Shown one piece after another: positions 1-10,003 of a stretch of 32,000 bases of DNA (within the stretch, counting starts at the first letter, position 1; each line of letters begins with the position of its first letter). Both the position numbers and the translations under genes were made by a program. The stretch covers positions 1,560,001-1,592,000 of the forward strand of contig NC_000916.1 in NCBI RefSeq assembly GCF_000008645.1, in the 5' to 3' direction. The notes under the pieces are model-generated. The model saw nothing but the letters and a program-made list of their open reading frames with translations. It was not told the origin of the DNA and did not search any database. Source of the DNA: Methanothermobacter thermautotrophicus str. Delta H (GTDB lineage Archaea; Methanobacteriota; Methanobacteria; Methanobacteriales; Methanothermobacteraceae).

Positions 1-2
1 CT

Positions 3-602
3 GTTCTTTTCATGGCGATAATTATAATCTTCCTCCCGAACCTCCAGAGGGGTAAACGTTCAAGTGAGGCTTCAAGGGAACTTCCCTTCGCCCTCCGTCA
101 GATGGCAACCGAGCTCAAATCCGGTCTCGGGCTCCATGACAGTATGAGATCAGTTGCAATGTCAGGATACGGGGCACTCTCTGAGGAATTTGCAAGGACC
201 CTTGAGGAGATCAAGTATGGTGAGACAACGGAGAATGCACTCATTGAGATGAGTAACCGCATAGAATCTGATGGGCTTAAGAGGGCGGTTTACCAGATCA
301 CAAGGACCCTCAACAGTGGTGGGGACCTATCAAAGACCCTGAATGTTATAGCCGATGATATTGCCTATGAAATGAGGATGAAGCTCAAGGACTATTCACA
401 GAAGCTTAATTCATTCACAATGATATACATGTTCCTGGCGATTCTCGGCCCTGTGATATTCCTCGTCATGCTTCTTGCAGCCGCCACGGTCATGGGTTCA
501 GTTCTACCACCCATAGCCATAATAATGATATACCTGTTCCTTTTCCCCATGCTCGTGGGGTTCATGGCCTTCATGATAAAAAGACTTGAGCCAAAGCTCT
601 AG
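3..602 (+). CDS. TadC / type II secretion system F-like integral membrane protein (5' end outside window)
   Basis: Frame open from the window edge; several hydrophobic segments and a ...[22 protein letters not shown]-like soluble region (here [33 protein letters not shown]) typical of T2SSF/TadC/ArlJ-type proteins; ends TAG at 600-602. Confidence 0.7.
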   Translation, partial: VLFMAIIIIFLPNLQRGKRSSEASRELPFALRQMATELKSGLGLHDSMRSVAMSGYGALSEEFARTLEEIKYGETTENALIEMSNRIESDGLKRAVYQITRTLNSGGDLSKTLNVIADDIAYEMRMKLKDYSQKLNSFTMIYMFLAILGPVIFLVMLLAAATVMGSVLPPIAIIMIYLFLFPMLVGFMAFMIKRLEPKL

Positions 603-740
603 CATCCGGTCGACAGCCACATTAATTTTTTGACAGCTTTGATGGATATCTGAGCTCTGGATCAATTTTTTAGAACTTTCACTTTACCGAAAAAAGGTTC
701 TCCGGGCATTTGAAGCTTCGGATAAATTTTGCACAGCTTT

Positions 741-1676
741 TCACTGTTCCTTCAGGGCGTGGAGGAGTTCATGGTATTTCTTCTCACCAAGGAGGTGGAT
801 GAGCCTGTGCTGTTTCTCCTCGCCCAGAAAATGGAGCAGTCTGTGGTATGCATCTCCACCCAGGAGGTGGAGGAGTTCATGGTAGGTTTCCTCCACAGTC
901 AGCTTCACATCAACTTCGAAACCAGCCATCCTGAGACGGTTCAGCAGATCAGCCGTCCGTGGAAGCCTTAAACTGGCCCTCCTGATTAGTTCAGCATCCC
1001 TGAATATCTCCAGGGGGGTGCCCTCTGCAATGAGTTCGCCACTGTTAAGGACAAAGACCCTCTCTGCAAACTGACTTATTATTTCAACGTCATGGGAGGA
1101 AATCATGACCGTTATGCCCTCCCTGCTCAGTTCAAGGAGTATCCTGATTATACCATCGGCTGTCTCCGGATCCAGACCGGTCGTTGGCTCGTCAAGAACC
1201 ATGATCTCAGGCTTCATTGCAAGTATACCTGCAATGGCCACCCTCTTCTTTTCCCCTCCGCTCAGGTGGTGTGGCGCCCGGTTCTCATAGCCGCTCATAC
1301 CAACCTTTTCCAGTGATTCAGCCACCCTCTCCTCAACCTCATCCTCAGGAAGGCCGAGATTCATGGGTCCAAAGGCAACATCCTCCCTGACTGTTGGTGA
1401 GAATAGCTGGTCATCAGGGTTCTGAAAGACTATTCCTACCTTCTGCCGGATCTTGATCAGTTCATCCTTGCTGTAGTCTACCCTTTCACCATCAATTATG
1501 ACCTCACCGGCAGCTGGTTTCAGTATACCGTTTAGGTGCAGAAAAAGTGTTGATTTGCCTGCCCCGTTGGGCCCTATAACGGCAACCCTTTCACCCCTCT
1601 CCACCTTCATGTTGATACCCCTGAGGGCTGGTGTGCCGTCCGGGTAGCTGTAGCTTAAATCCCTGAGCTCGATCAT
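741..1676 (-). CDS. cbiO: Cobalt/nickel ECF transporter ATPase with histidine-rich C-terminal repeats
   Basis: Walker [10 protein letters not shown], signature [13 protein letters not shown], Walker B MVLDEP; start ATG ([14 protein letters not shown]) at 1676, a few bases beyond the cbiQ stop. The longer ORF-track start at 1808 would overlap cbiQ. Confidence 0.92.
   Translation of the reverse strand: MIELRDLSYSYPDGTPALRGINMKVERGERVAVIGPNGAGKSTLFLHLNGILKPAAGEVIIDGERVDYSKDELIKIRQKVGIVFQNPDDQLFSPTVREDVAFGPMNLGLPEDEVEERVAESLEKVGMSGYENRAPHHLSGGEKKRVAIAGILAMKPEIMVLDEPTTGLDPETADGIIRILLELSREGITVMISSHDVEIISQFAERVFVLNSGELIAEGTPLEIFRDAELIRRASLRLPRTADLLNRLRMAGFEVDVKLTVEETYHELLHLLGGDAYHRLLHFLGEEKQHRLIHLLGEKKYHELLHALKEQ
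744..884 (-). repeat. Four-copy 36-nt in-frame tandem repeat encoding [12 protein letters not shown] / [12 protein letters not shown] / [12 protein letters not shown] / [11 protein letters not shown]
   Basis: Direct reading of the translated C-terminus; the DNA string gtggaggagttcatggta recurs at 759-776 and 867-884, exactly 108 nt (3 x 36) apart. Confidence 0.9.
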
Positions 1677-1680
1677 CCAA

Positions 1681-2466
1681 TCACCAGTAGCCGAGCTGGA
1701 GTATATGGAGCAGCGCGAGTATAAAGATGTTTGCGGCTGCAAAGAGGACATCCCACCTGCCAAGGGTGCTTCTTGCAGTGTACATCTGACTGTCTTGACT
1801 GTACCCACGGCTCAGCATGCTGAGGTACACCCTTTCCCCCTGCTCATATGCCCTCAGGAACATCATTGCAATGGTCTCACCCACCTTCCTGAGCCTCCAC
1901 CTATAGGATGTCCTTTTATTCCATATATCAAAGCAACGGGTCTTCTGTGCGTTCCTTATCCTCTCAAGTTCATCATAGAAGAAGAACAGGTACCTTACTG
2001 TGAGGTTGAGCAGCATTGCGAAGTCTGAGGGGACACCGATTCTCCTTGCTGAACCAACCAGTTCCTGCATTGATGTTGTTGATGATAGAAGGATCACCGC
2101 TGTCACGCTCACGGTTACCTTCCCGAGGAGCAGGGCACCGAAGATCAGTCCCTCCAGTGTCACATCCATACCCAGGGGGCCGGTCCAGATAACAGTCCCT
2201 GGCCGTATGAAGGGCTGGAAGAGTGCAATGAAACCTCCGAATGGGAGTATAAGGATTATACGCTTAAGGGCGTATGATGGTGATACATTTGATAGGAGTA
2301 CAAGCAGGAGGAGATAGGCCTCCATCAAGATCAGTGTAACCACGCTGCTGGCTGAAACAGCGAAGGCTATAATTATGAAGGTTATTATGAGTTTGATACG
2401 CCCATCAAGCCTGTGGATTGAGCTCTCCTTGAGGCTCTCCCTTTCGATGTTTATGAGGTCTTCCAT
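1681..2466 (-). CDS. cbiQ: Cobalt/nickel ECF transporter transmembrane protein
   Basis: Multiple TM segments, [12 protein letters not shown]-terminus, ...[12 protein letters not shown] motif; between cbiO and cbiN. Confidence 0.88.
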   Translation of the reverse strand: MEDLINIERESLKESSIHRLDGRIKLIITFIIIAFAVSASSVVTLILMEAYLLLLVLLSNVSPSYALKRIILILPFGGFIALFQPFIRPGTVIWTGPLGMDVTLEGLIFGALLLGKVTVSVTAVILLSSTTSMQELVGSARRIGVPSDFAMLLNLTVRYLFFFYDELERIRNAQKTRCFDIWNKRTSYRWRLRKVGETIAMMFLRAYEQGERVYLSMLSRGYSQDSQMYTARSTLGRWDVLFAAANIFILALLHILQLGYW

Positions 2467-2499
2467 TCGACTTCACCAGAAAAAAATTAATTGGGAGGA

Positions 2500-2817
2500 T
2501 CACTCCTCTCCTCCCTCTTCACCTGCAGCTTTCCTACCCCTGAAAACTGCGCCAACACCGTAGGCTATGGCCAGTACCAGGATCGTACCGATTACCATTG
2601 AAACGACACCGCCAAAGGGACTGTCACCCAGCGCCGGGAGGGTGTAGTCTGGTAGCGGTGACTCGAGGACGGGTTCTGTTTCAGGGTTTGGCATCACCTT
2701 CTCGGCGGTGCTCTCAAGGCCGTCCGGGTTTGGTGAGGCAAGGAACGGTGCCAGCACAGCTATTATGAGGGCAATTATTATGCCGGCAGTCATGAATTTT
2801 TTGTCTCGGGCATTCAT
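2500..2817 (-). CDS. cbiN: Cobalt transport protein, small subunit
   Basis: Small protein with N-terminal [13 protein letters not shown] motif and C-terminal TM; between cbiQ and cbiM; its start overlaps the cbiM stop. Confidence 0.9.
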   Translation of the reverse strand: MNARDKKFMTAGIIIALIIAVLAPFLASPNPDGLESTAEKVMPNPETEPVLESPLPDYTLPALGDSPFGGVVSMVIGTILVLAIAYGVGAVFRGRKAAGEEGGEE

Positions 2818-3467
2818 TTTGATAACACCTCGGCACCTTTCTTTCCCCAGTCCCTCAGGGAGAAAAGATCAGGGCGGCTGCTCTGAATTGCAAGAACAAC
2901 CACGACGGTTATTGCAGCCTCTATGAGGCCTATGACTGCGTGGTAGAGTCCCATCATCCAGAGTCCCTGTACGAGGGGGAATGTTCCTGCTATCCACATC
3001 TCCACTGCACAGGCAATGGCTGCAAGGAATATTGATGCCCATGATGCCACAATCACTGCAGGTATTTCACCTGCAGATCTCAGTGCCCTGAAGAGGTAGT
3101 AACCGGTGAAACCTCCAATCACACCCATGTTGAAGATGTTTGCACCCAGTGCCGTTATTCCTCCGTCACCGAAGATGAGTCCCTGCAGTATCAGTACAAT
3201 TGAGAGAAGCAGGACAGCCGCATAGGGACTTGCAAATATTATTGCAACAAGGGCCGCTCCAACCATGTGACCGCTGGTACCCCAGGGTATCGGTATGTTC
3301 ATCGCCTGTATTGCAAATATTCCCGCTGCAAGAACAGCAAACAGTGGTATCTGCCTTTCTTTAAGATCCCTTCCAGCCCACTGCATGCTGAAGTAGAGGG
3401 CTACAAGGGCAATAAGCCAGTACACAAGGTACTGTGGGAATGGTATGAAACCATCTGGAATATGCAA
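2814..3467 (-). CDS. cbiM: Cobalt/nickel transport S component
   Basis: N-terminal MHIPDGFIP metal-binding signature, [16 protein letters not shown] motif, multiple TM segments; AAGGAGG upstream. Confidence 0.95.
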   Translation of the reverse strand: MHIPDGFIPFPQYLVYWLIALVALYFSMQWAGRDLKERQIPLFAVLAAGIFAIQAMNIPIPWGTSGHMVGAALVAIIFASPYAAVLLLSIVLILQGLIFGDGGITALGANIFNMGVIGGFTGYYLFRALRSAGEIPAVIVASWASIFLAAIACAVEMWIAGTFPLVQGLWMMGLYHAVIGLIEAAITVVVVLAIQSSRPDLFSLRDWGKKGAEVLSK

Positions 3468-3517
3468 GCTATTCGCCTCCTTAATCTTTTTTTAATTCCA
3501 ATCACTATATCAAACAT

Positions 3518-3532
3518 TCATATAATATAAAG
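3518..3532 (-). promoter_or_regulatory. Candidate TATA box for cbiMNQO (minus), CCTTTATATTATATG
   Basis: TATA-like sequence about 55-60 nt upstream of cbiM on the minus strand. Confidence 0.35.
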
Positions 3533-3584
3533 GTTGAAGTGATTATTACTAATCTTCGGTTTCCCTTATATTGTGGTAATATCG

Positions 3585-3649
3585 CACCCTGAGCGGAGGG
3601 ATGACCATTGCCGGGGGTCTCAGGGTGTATAATGGTAATAATCCTCCGC
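3585..3649. promoter_or_regulatory. Interlocking inverted repeats capable of forming an H-type pseudoknot (either strand) between divergent cbiM and cdhA
   Basis: CACCCTGAG (3585-3593)/CTCAGGGTG (3619-3627); GCGGAGG (3593-3599)/CCTCCGC (3643-3649); ACCATT (3604-3609)/AATGGT (3631-3636). All arms pair perfectly. Whether it is RNA or an operator is not known. Confidence 0.6.
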
Positions 3650-3718
3650 CTATCTGGCACATCCCCACCATTTATTAAAAAGGTCCATGTCTTTATGTGT
3701 TCAGCGACAATGCACAAA

Positions 3719-3730
3719 GTTTATATATAG
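3719..3730. promoter_or_regulatory. Candidate archaeal TATA box for cdhA (plus), TTTATATATAG
   Basis: AT-rich TATA-like string about 70-80 nt upstream of the cdhA start. Confidence 0.4.
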
Positions 3731-3796
3731 ATTCCATAAAATTAAAAACATCATTATAAATCATTAATAATTGTCAATCGGGATTTAGTAATACTG

Positions 3797-6139
3797 GTGA
3801 TAGATGTGGCGCCTGAATCAAAAAAAGCCAAAGACCTTAAAGGGGATTTCTGGGATGCCAAGAACATCCAGATATCCATAGGAGAAATAATAACTGAGGA
3901 AAAGCCTCCTGAGGAAGAGGTTAAGGGCCCTAAACCCCGTCCCCACGTGACTGACCTGAGATCATGGGACATGAAACTGCTTGAAAGGTACGAACCATTC
4001 TACGCACCATTCTGTGACATGTGCTGTCTCTGCACCTACGGTAAATGTGAACTTCTCGGGAAGAAGGGAGCATGTGGTATAGACGCAGCCACACAGCAGG
4101 CAAGGACGGTGCTGCTGGCATGTCTGATAGGGACAGCCGCCCATGCAGGACACGCAAGGCACCTGGTGGACCACCTCATAGAGAGGCTTGGAGAGGATTA
4201 TAAGATAGACCTAGGCAGCAACGTGGATATAGAGGCACCAATAACACGGACGGTGATGGGTAAGAGACCCGCCACACTCGGGGACCTGAGGGAGGTGATG
4301 GACTACGCTGAGGAACAGATGTCCCACCTCCTTTCAGCCTGTCACACGGGACAGGAGGGGGACAGCAAGGACTTTGAATCAAAGGCATTCCACGCTGGCC
4401 TCATGGATGACCTTACAAGGGAAGTTGCAGACCTGGCCCAGATAGTGGCCCTGGACCTTCCAAAGGGTGACGAGGACGCACCCCTGGTTGAACTTGGATT
4501 CGGGACCATAGATACAGAGAAACCGGTTGTTCTCTGCATAGGCCACAACGTGCTGCCAGGCGCAGACATAGTTGACTACCTTGATGAGAATGAAATGGAG
4601 GACCAGGTTGAGGTCTGCGGAATCTGCTGTGCAGCAATAGACGTGACCAGGTACAATGAGGCAGCAAAGGTTGTAGGTCCACTATCAAAACAGCTCCGCT
4701 TCATAAGAAGTGGCGTTGCAGATGTGATAGTGGTTGACGAACAGTGCGTCAGGACAGATGTACTGGAGGAGGCCCTCAAGAACAGGTCAGCGGTCATCGC
4801 CACAACAGATAAGATGTGCCTTGGACTCCCTGACATGACCGATGAGGACCCTGATAAAATCGTGAATGACCTGATAAACGGTAACATAGAGGGCGCCCTG
4901 ATACTGGACCCTGAAAAGGTGGGTGAGGTGGCTGTTAAGACTGCGATGAAACTTGCACCCATCAGGAAATCCCTCAAAAAGCTGCCAGATATTGATGAGA
5001 TAATCGAGCTGGCATCAGAGTGCACAGACTGTGGCTGGTGCCAGAGGGTCTGCCCCAACAGCCTCCCGGTCATGGACGCCGTGAAGAAGGCAGCGGATGG
5101 TGACCTCAGCAAACTTGAGGAGATGGCCATTGAGGAGCTCTGCTACACCTGTGGACGCTGCGAACAGGAATGTGAAAGGAACATACCCATAGTATCCATG
5201 GTTACAAAGGCAGGTGAGAGGCGGGTCAAGGACGAAAAATACAGGATAAGGGCTGGAAGGGGACCGGCCCAGGACGTTGAGATAAGGAGGGTCGGAGCAC
5301 CAATCGTCCTGGGGGATATACCCGGAGTGGTGGCATTTGTGGGCTGCTCAAACTACCCTGAGGGTGGAAAGGACGTCGCACTGATGGCAAAGGAGTTCCT
5401 TGAGAGGAACTACATCGTGGTAACAACAGGCTGCGGAGCAATGTCCATAGGCGAATACAGGGACGAGGACGGTCAGACGCTCTATGAAAAATATGGTGGA
5501 CAGTTCGATGCAAAGGGACTCGTCAACATGGGGTCATGCGTCTCAAATGCACACGTATCAGGAGCAGCCATAAAGATAGCCAACATATTCGCACAGAAAC
5601 CCCTTGAAGGTAACTTTGAGGAGATAGCAGACTACATACTGAACCGTGTGGGTGCCTGTGGGGTTGCCTGGGGTGCCTACTCCCAGAAGGCGGCTGCCAT
5701 AGCAACCGGTGTGAACAGATGGGGAATACCCGTCGTCCTGGGTCCGCACGGATCAAAGTATCGCAGGCTCTTCCTTGGAAGGGCAGATGATGAGGAGAAG
5801 TGGAAGCTGAAGGACCTCAGAACAGGTGAGGTTATCGATGGGGAGCCAGCACCCGAGCACCTCCTCTACGCAGCAGAGAACCGGGAGGAGGCAACGGTCA
5901 TGATAGCCAAGCTATGCATAAGGCCAACAGACACACCCAAGGGCCGTCAGATGAAACTCAGCAACTACATAGACCTTCACAGGAAATATCTTGGCACCAT
6001 CCCGGACGATATAGACAGGTTCATAAGGACCGAGAAGGACATCCCGATAGTCTACAAGAGGGATGTCATGAAGATCCTTGAGGAGAAAAACTGGAAACCC
6101 AGGGAGCTTCCAAAGGAACCCTCACTCCTGGAGAGGTGA
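3797..6139 (+). CDS. cdhA: Acetyl-CoA decarbonylase/synthase complex subunit alpha (CO dehydrogenase)
   Basis: Cys clusters [28 protein letters not shown] and [16 protein letters not shown], with CGICC and [10 protein letters not shown]. The start may be GTG 3797 or GTG 3806 (GGTGAT just upstream of 3806). Confidence 0.95.
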   Translation: MIDVAPESKKAKDLKGDFWDAKNIQISIGEIITEEKPPEEEVKGPKPRPHVTDLRSWDMKLLERYEPFYAPFCDMCCLCTYGKCELLGKKGACGIDAATQQARTVLLACLIGTAAHAGHARHLVDHLIERLGEDYKIDLGSNVDIEAPITRTVMGKRPATLGDLREVMDYAEEQMSHLLSACHTGQEGDSKDFESKAFHAGLMDDLTREVADLAQIVALDLPKGDEDAPLVELGFGTIDTEKPVVLCIGHNVLPGADIVDYLDENEMEDQVEVCGICCAAIDVTRYNEAAKVVGPLSKQLRFIRSGVADVIVVDEQCVRTDVLEEALKNRSAVIATTDKMCLGLPDMTDEDPDKIVNDLINGNIEGALILDPEKVGEVAVKTAMKLAPIRKSLKKLPDIDEIIELASECTDCGWCQRVCPNSLPVMDAVKKAADGDLSKLEEMAIEELCYTCGRCEQECERNIPIVSMVTKAGERRVKDEKYRIRAGRGPAQDVEIRRVGAPIVLGDIPGVVAFVGCSNYPEGGKDVALMAKEFLERNYIVVTTGCGAMSIGEYRDEDGQTLYEKYGGQFDAKGLVNMGSCVSNAHVSGAAIKIANIFAQKPLEGNFEEIADYILNRVGACGVAWGAYSQKAAAIATGVNRWGIPVVLGPHGSKYRRLFLGRADDEEKWKLKDLRTGEVIDGEPAPEHLLYAAENREEATVMIAKLCIRPTDTPKGRQMKLSNYIDLHRKYLGTIPDDIDRFIRTEKDIPIVYKRDVMKILEEKNWKPRELPKEPSLLER

Positions 6140-6657
6140 TAGTCTTGAATGACAGAATAATACCATGGCAGCCCACTGTTATAGCCGGGCCAAAACAGGC
6201 AATGCTCGTAACACCCGAAACTGCGACCATGATGATAAAAAAGGCCAGGAGGCCACTTATGGTTGTAGGGCCACTCGCCAAGCGCCAGGAAGTGCTTGAA
6301 CATACGGTTAAAATCATAAGGCACTTCGATTTACCGGTGGTAGCAACGGCAGACACCTACAGGGCACTGAGTGAGGCCGGCATAGAATCAGAGCCCCACG
6401 GTATCGTGGAGATAACAAACCTCCTGAAGGACCCCTCCTGGGAGGGTATCCGCGGTGAGGGCCAGCATGACCTTGTAATATTCATAGGCTGCATATACTA
6501 CATCGCATCCCAGGGCCTATCAAGCCTCAAACACTTCGCACCACATATAAAGACACTCACAATATGCAAGACATTCCACTCAAATGCAGATGCATCATTC
6601 CCGAACATGGATGATGATGAATGGTTCAGATACCTTGAGAAGATGTATGCTGAATGA
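6136..6657 (+). CDS. cdhB: Acetyl-CoA decarbonylase/synthase complex subunit epsilon
   Basis: About 170 aa, located directly between cdhA and cdhC. Start is GTG 6136 or TTG 6145 ([16 protein letters not shown]), preceded by GGTGAT. Confidence 0.88.
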   Translation: MIVLNDRIIPWQPTVIAGPKQAMLVTPETATMMIKKARRPLMVVGPLAKRQEVLEHTVKIIRHFDLPVVATADTYRALSEAGIESEPHGIVEITNLLKDPSWEGIRGEGQHDLVIFIGCIYYIASQGLSSLKHFAPHIKTLTICKTFHSNADASFPNMDDDEWFRYLEKMYAE

Positions 6658-6678
6658 TCAGGATAATGGAGGAATTCA

Positions 6679-8061
6679 ATGTTTGAAGACATACCAGTCG
6701 ATGTAAGTCCCATGCATGAGGGGGAGAGGATAAGATCAGCCAACATGTTCGTTGAACTGGCAGGTCCCAAATCCATCGGAGCAGAACTGGTCCAGGTTAA
6801 GGACGAGGTCGAGGACGGAAAGGTGGAGGTCAAGGGGCCCGAGATAGATGAAATGGAACAGGGCCAGGTGTACCCCTTCGCCATAAACGTTGAGGTAGCT
6901 GGCAGTGAACTCGAGGAGGAACTTGAAAGCGTCATCGAGAGGAGGCTCCATGAGCTCTGCAACTATGTTAAGGGATTCATGCACCTCAACCAGAGGGACC
7001 AGATATGGTGTCGTGTGAGTACAGAGGCAAAGGATGCAGGTTTCAGGCTCGAACACCTCGGAAAGGCGCTCTCGGTCCTCTTCAGGGAGGAGTTCCCCAT
7101 AATCGAATCAATAGCAGTAACACTCATGACAGATGAGGCAGCGGTCCAGGAATTCCTTGAGACAGCAAGGGAGAAGTATGAGACCAGGGACTCAAGGGCA
7201 AGGGAACTTTCAGATGAGGACGTTGATGTCTTCTATGGATGTCTCATGTGTCAGTCCTTCGCACCCACACATGTATGCATAGTAACACCAGACAGGACAG
7301 CCCTCTGCGGCGCCATAAACTGGTTCGACTGCCGTGCAGCATACAAGATGGACCCTGACGGCCCGATATTCGAAATTGAAAAGGGTGAAGTCCTGGACCC
7401 TGAGAGGGGAGAATATGCAAATGTTAACGCTGCAGTAGAAGAAAATTCCCAGGGCACAACAGATAGGGTATACCTCCACAGTGTCTTCGGTTACCCACAC
7501 ACATCCTGCGGATGCTTCGAGGCAGTGGCATTCTACATACCTGAACTTGATGGTATAGGTATTGTTAACAGGGACTTCAGGGGAGAAACGCCCCTCGGGA
7601 TACCATTCTCAGCAATGGCCGGGCAGTGTTCAGGAGGAAAACAGGTTGAAGGTTTCTCAGGTCTCAGCCTTGAATACATGAGGTCACCCAAATTCCTCCA
7701 GGCAGACGGAGGATACCACAGGGTGATCTGGATGCCAAGGGAGCTCAAGGAATCTGTTCTGGAATTCATCCCGGAAGACGTCCGGGACAAGATTGCAACG
7801 GAGGAGGATGCAACATCAATAAAGGATCTCAGAAGATTCCTGAGGGATAATGAACACCCTGTCCTTGAAAGGGCGGCCGTTGAAGAAACTGAACCCGAAG
7901 AAGAGGAGGTTGAGGAGGCATACCCTGAGGAGACCCCGATTCCAGAGGGGGTCCCTGTAATGGCAGCACCTGAGATGACCCTCCCTGCAGCCGGAGGATT
8001 CAGAATAGTCCTCAAGAATGCAAAGATCTACGCTGAGAAGGTAATAATAAAGCGCAAATAA
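6679..8061 (+). CDS. cdhC: Acetyl-CoA decarbonylase/synthase complex subunit beta (acetyl-CoA synthase)
   Basis: CLMCQSFAPTHVCIVTPDRTALCGAINWFDCRAAY and HTSCGCFEAVAFY A-cluster motifs; 460 aa. Confidence 0.96.
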   Translation: MFEDIPVDVSPMHEGERIRSANMFVELAGPKSIGAELVQVKDEVEDGKVEVKGPEIDEMEQGQVYPFAINVEVAGSELEEELESVIERRLHELCNYVKGFMHLNQRDQIWCRVSTEAKDAGFRLEHLGKALSVLFREEFPIIESIAVTLMTDEAAVQEFLETAREKYETRDSRARELSDEDVDVFYGCLMCQSFAPTHVCIVTPDRTALCGAINWFDCRAAYKMDPDGPIFEIEKGEVLDPERGEYANVNAAVEENSQGTTDRVYLHSVFGYPHTSCGCFEAVAFYIPELDGIGIVNRDFRGETPLGIPFSAMAGQCSGGKQVEGFSGLSLEYMRSPKFLQADGGYHRVIWMPRELKESVLEFIPEDVRDKIATEEDATSIKDLRRFLRDNEHPVLERAAVEETEPEEEEVEEAYPEETPIPEGVPVMAAPEMTLPAAGGFRIVLKNAKIYAEKVIIKRK

Positions 8062-8068
8062 ACCCCTC

Positions 8069-8827
8069 ATGAGTGGTCACGTGATAATAGCAGTAAGTGG
8101 CAAGGGCGGCACGGGAAAAACGATGTTCTCAGCTTCCCTCATAAGGGTCCTGGCATCAACGGGTGCAGATGTGCTTGCAATAGATGCTGACCCGGACTCA
8201 AACCTCCCTGAGGCCCTGGGGGTTCCGGTCAGCGGCACCGTGGGTGATGTCAGGGAACAGCTCAAGAGGGACACGGCTGCAGGCAGGATACCCCCATCGG
8301 CGAACAAGTGGGACATGCTCGACTACAGGATAATGGCCTCCATAACCGAAACCAGGGACTTTGACCTCCTTGTCATGGGCCGCCCGGAGGGAAGTGGCTG
8401 CTACTGCGCAGTCAACACCATGCTGCGAAGGATAATCGAGAACATAGCAGAGAACTATGACTACATAGTCATAGATACCGAGGCCGGCCTTGAGCACCTC
8501 AGCAGGAGGACAACCCAGAACGTTGACATAATGATAGTTGTAACCGACCCGTCAAAGAGGGGGATACTCACCGCAAGGAGGATAGTCGAACTCTCACAGG
8601 AACTTGAGATAAAATTCAAGAAGGTCTTCCTGGTCCTCAACAGGGTAAGGGAGGGGGACCTTGACAGACTGGAGCTGGATGATGGCCTTGAGGTCATAGG
8701 TGTCATACCTGAGGACCCCCTTGTCTCCAGTTACGACATGGAGGGCAGACCACTCTATGAGTTACCTGAGGATTCTGAATCATTCAGGGCCATAAAAAAG
8801 GTTGCAGAGAAGATTTTAAGTTTATAG
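8069..8827 (+). CDS. cooC: CooC-like nickel-insertion/maturation P-loop ATPase
   Basis: AVSGKGGTGKTMFSASLIRVL deviant Walker A, DADPDSNLPEALG, EGSGCYCAVN; embedded in the cdh operon. Confidence 0.85.
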   Translation: MSGHVIIAVSGKGGTGKTMFSASLIRVLASTGADVLAIDADPDSNLPEALGVPVSGTVGDVREQLKRDTAAGRIPPSANKWDMLDYRIMASITETRDFDLLVMGRPEGSGCYCAVNTMLRRIIENIAENYDYIVIDTEAGLEHLSRRTTQNVDIMIVVTDPSKRGILTARRIVELSQELEIKFKKVFLVLNRVREGDLDRLELDDGLEVIGVIPEDPLVSSYDMEGRPLYELPEDSESFRAIKKVAEKILSL

Positions 8828-8837
8828 AGGTGTGCTT

Positions 8838-10001
8838 ATGGATAAATTAACGGAACTTCTGAAACTACTTCAGAATACGGAATCCATCGAGATAAACGAG
8901 TTCAGGATGGATGTTGAGGAACTGGAACTCTACCTGATGCCTGCAGTCCAGCAGGCCATACAGAAAACAGTTGAGGTGAGGGAGGCTGTCGAGGCACTGC
9001 CCGCGGAGGAGTTCAACCCACCCATAAGGTCATACCCCGGTGAGGTTGCCCAGGTAAAGCTTGGTGAGGGCACCCGCAAAAGTGTTTACCTTGGGGGGCA
9101 GAAGGCCCTCTACAGGTTCGAGGAGCCACAGCCAAACCCGCCGGTTGTCACATTTGACGTATTTGACATACCCATGCCTGGACTGCCGAGGCCAATAAGG
9201 GAACACTTCAGTGACGTCATGGAGGACCCGGGGGACTGGGCACGGAAGGCCGTGAAGGAATACGGCGCCAACATGGTCACAATACACCTCATAGGAACAG
9301 GCCCCAAGGTCATGGACAAATCACCCAGGGAGGCCGCAAAGGATATCGAGGAGGTCCTCCAGGCAGTGGACGTCCCACTGGTGATAGGGGGATCCGGGGA
9401 CCCTGAAAAGGACCCCCTGGTCCTTGAAAAGGCTGCAGAGGCAGCTGAAGGTGAAAGGTGCCTCCTTGCATCTGCCAACCTTGACCTGGACTACAGGAAG
9501 GTTGCAAGGGCAGCCCTTGACCACAACCATGCGGTCCTCTCATGGGCCATCACAGACGTCAACATGCAGAAGACCCTCAACCGTTACCTGCTTAAGGAGG
9601 GACTTAAACGTGAGGACATCGTCATGGACCCAACAACATGTGCCCTGGGTTACGGTATAGAATTCTCAATAGACGTCATCACAAGGACCCGGCTGGCAGC
9701 CCTCAAGGGGGATTCTGATCTCCAGATGCCAATGTCCTCAGGTACCACAAACGCCTGGGGTTCAAGGGAGGCCTGGATGAAGAAGGATGAATGGGGACCC
9801 ACAGATTACAGGGGGCCCCTCTGGGAAATCGTAACCGGACTTACCATGATGCTCTCAGGTGTGGACATATTCATGATGCTACACCCCACCTCAGTCAGAC
9901 TGCTGCGGGAGATAGGTGAAACCTTCACAAGGGAGTACATGACAGCTGAAACACCTGACCTGAGGGAATGGATAACTGAACTTGACTACCAGGAGGTTTA
10001 A
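8838..10001 (+). CDS. cdhD: Acetyl-CoA decarbonylase/synthase complex subunit delta (corrinoid iron-sulfur protein small subunit)
   Basis: FDVFDIPMPGLPRPIREHF, ATTDVNMQKTLNRYLL-like region (AITDVNMQKTLNRYLL), MDPTTCALGYGIEFS; AGAGGTG precedes ATG 8838. Confidence 0.93.
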   Translation: MDKLTELLKLLQNTESIEINEFRMDVEELELYLMPAVQQAIQKTVEVREAVEALPAEEFNPPIRSYPGEVAQVKLGEGTRKSVYLGGQKALYRFEEPQPNPPVVTFDVFDIPMPGLPRPIREHFSDVMEDPGDWARKAVKEYGANMVTIHLIGTGPKVMDKSPREAAKDIEEVLQAVDVPLVIGGSGDPEKDPLVLEKAAEAAEGERCLLASANLDLDYRKVARAALDHNHAVLSWAITDVNMQKTLNRYLLKEGLKREDIVMDPTTCALGYGIEFSIDVITRTRLAALKGDSDLQMPMSSGTTNAWGSREAWMKKDEWGPTDYRGPLWEIVTGLTMMLSGVDIFMMLHPTSVRLLREIGETFTREYMTAETPDLREWITELDYQEV

Positions 10002-10003
10002 AA

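Noticed and set aside
603-740. Direct-repeat-like strings aattttttgacagcttt / aaattttgcacagctttt and small palindromes GAGCTC, GAAGCTTC
   Set aside because: Short, AT-rich and in a convergent intergenic spacer; not distinguishable from chance, though terminator function is possible.
1677-1808. Extended N-terminus of CbiO in the ORF track (start 1808)
   Set aside because: It would overlap the cbiQ 3' coding end by over 120 nt; the added sequence is unlike ABC ATPases and a normal start exists at 1676.
3585-3649. Known cobalamin (B12) riboswitch
   Set aside because: The element is short and I cannot find the conserved B12-box-like GCCACTG core or a typical long multi-helix leader; the fold topology seen is different.
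4342-5130. Long antisense ORFs within cdhA (for example 4576-5130 minus, 184 aa)
   Set aside because: They lie opposite a strongly supported CODH subunit, have Ser/Pro/Arg-rich low-complexity translations and no recognisable domain or RBS; typical shadow ORFs of biased codon use.
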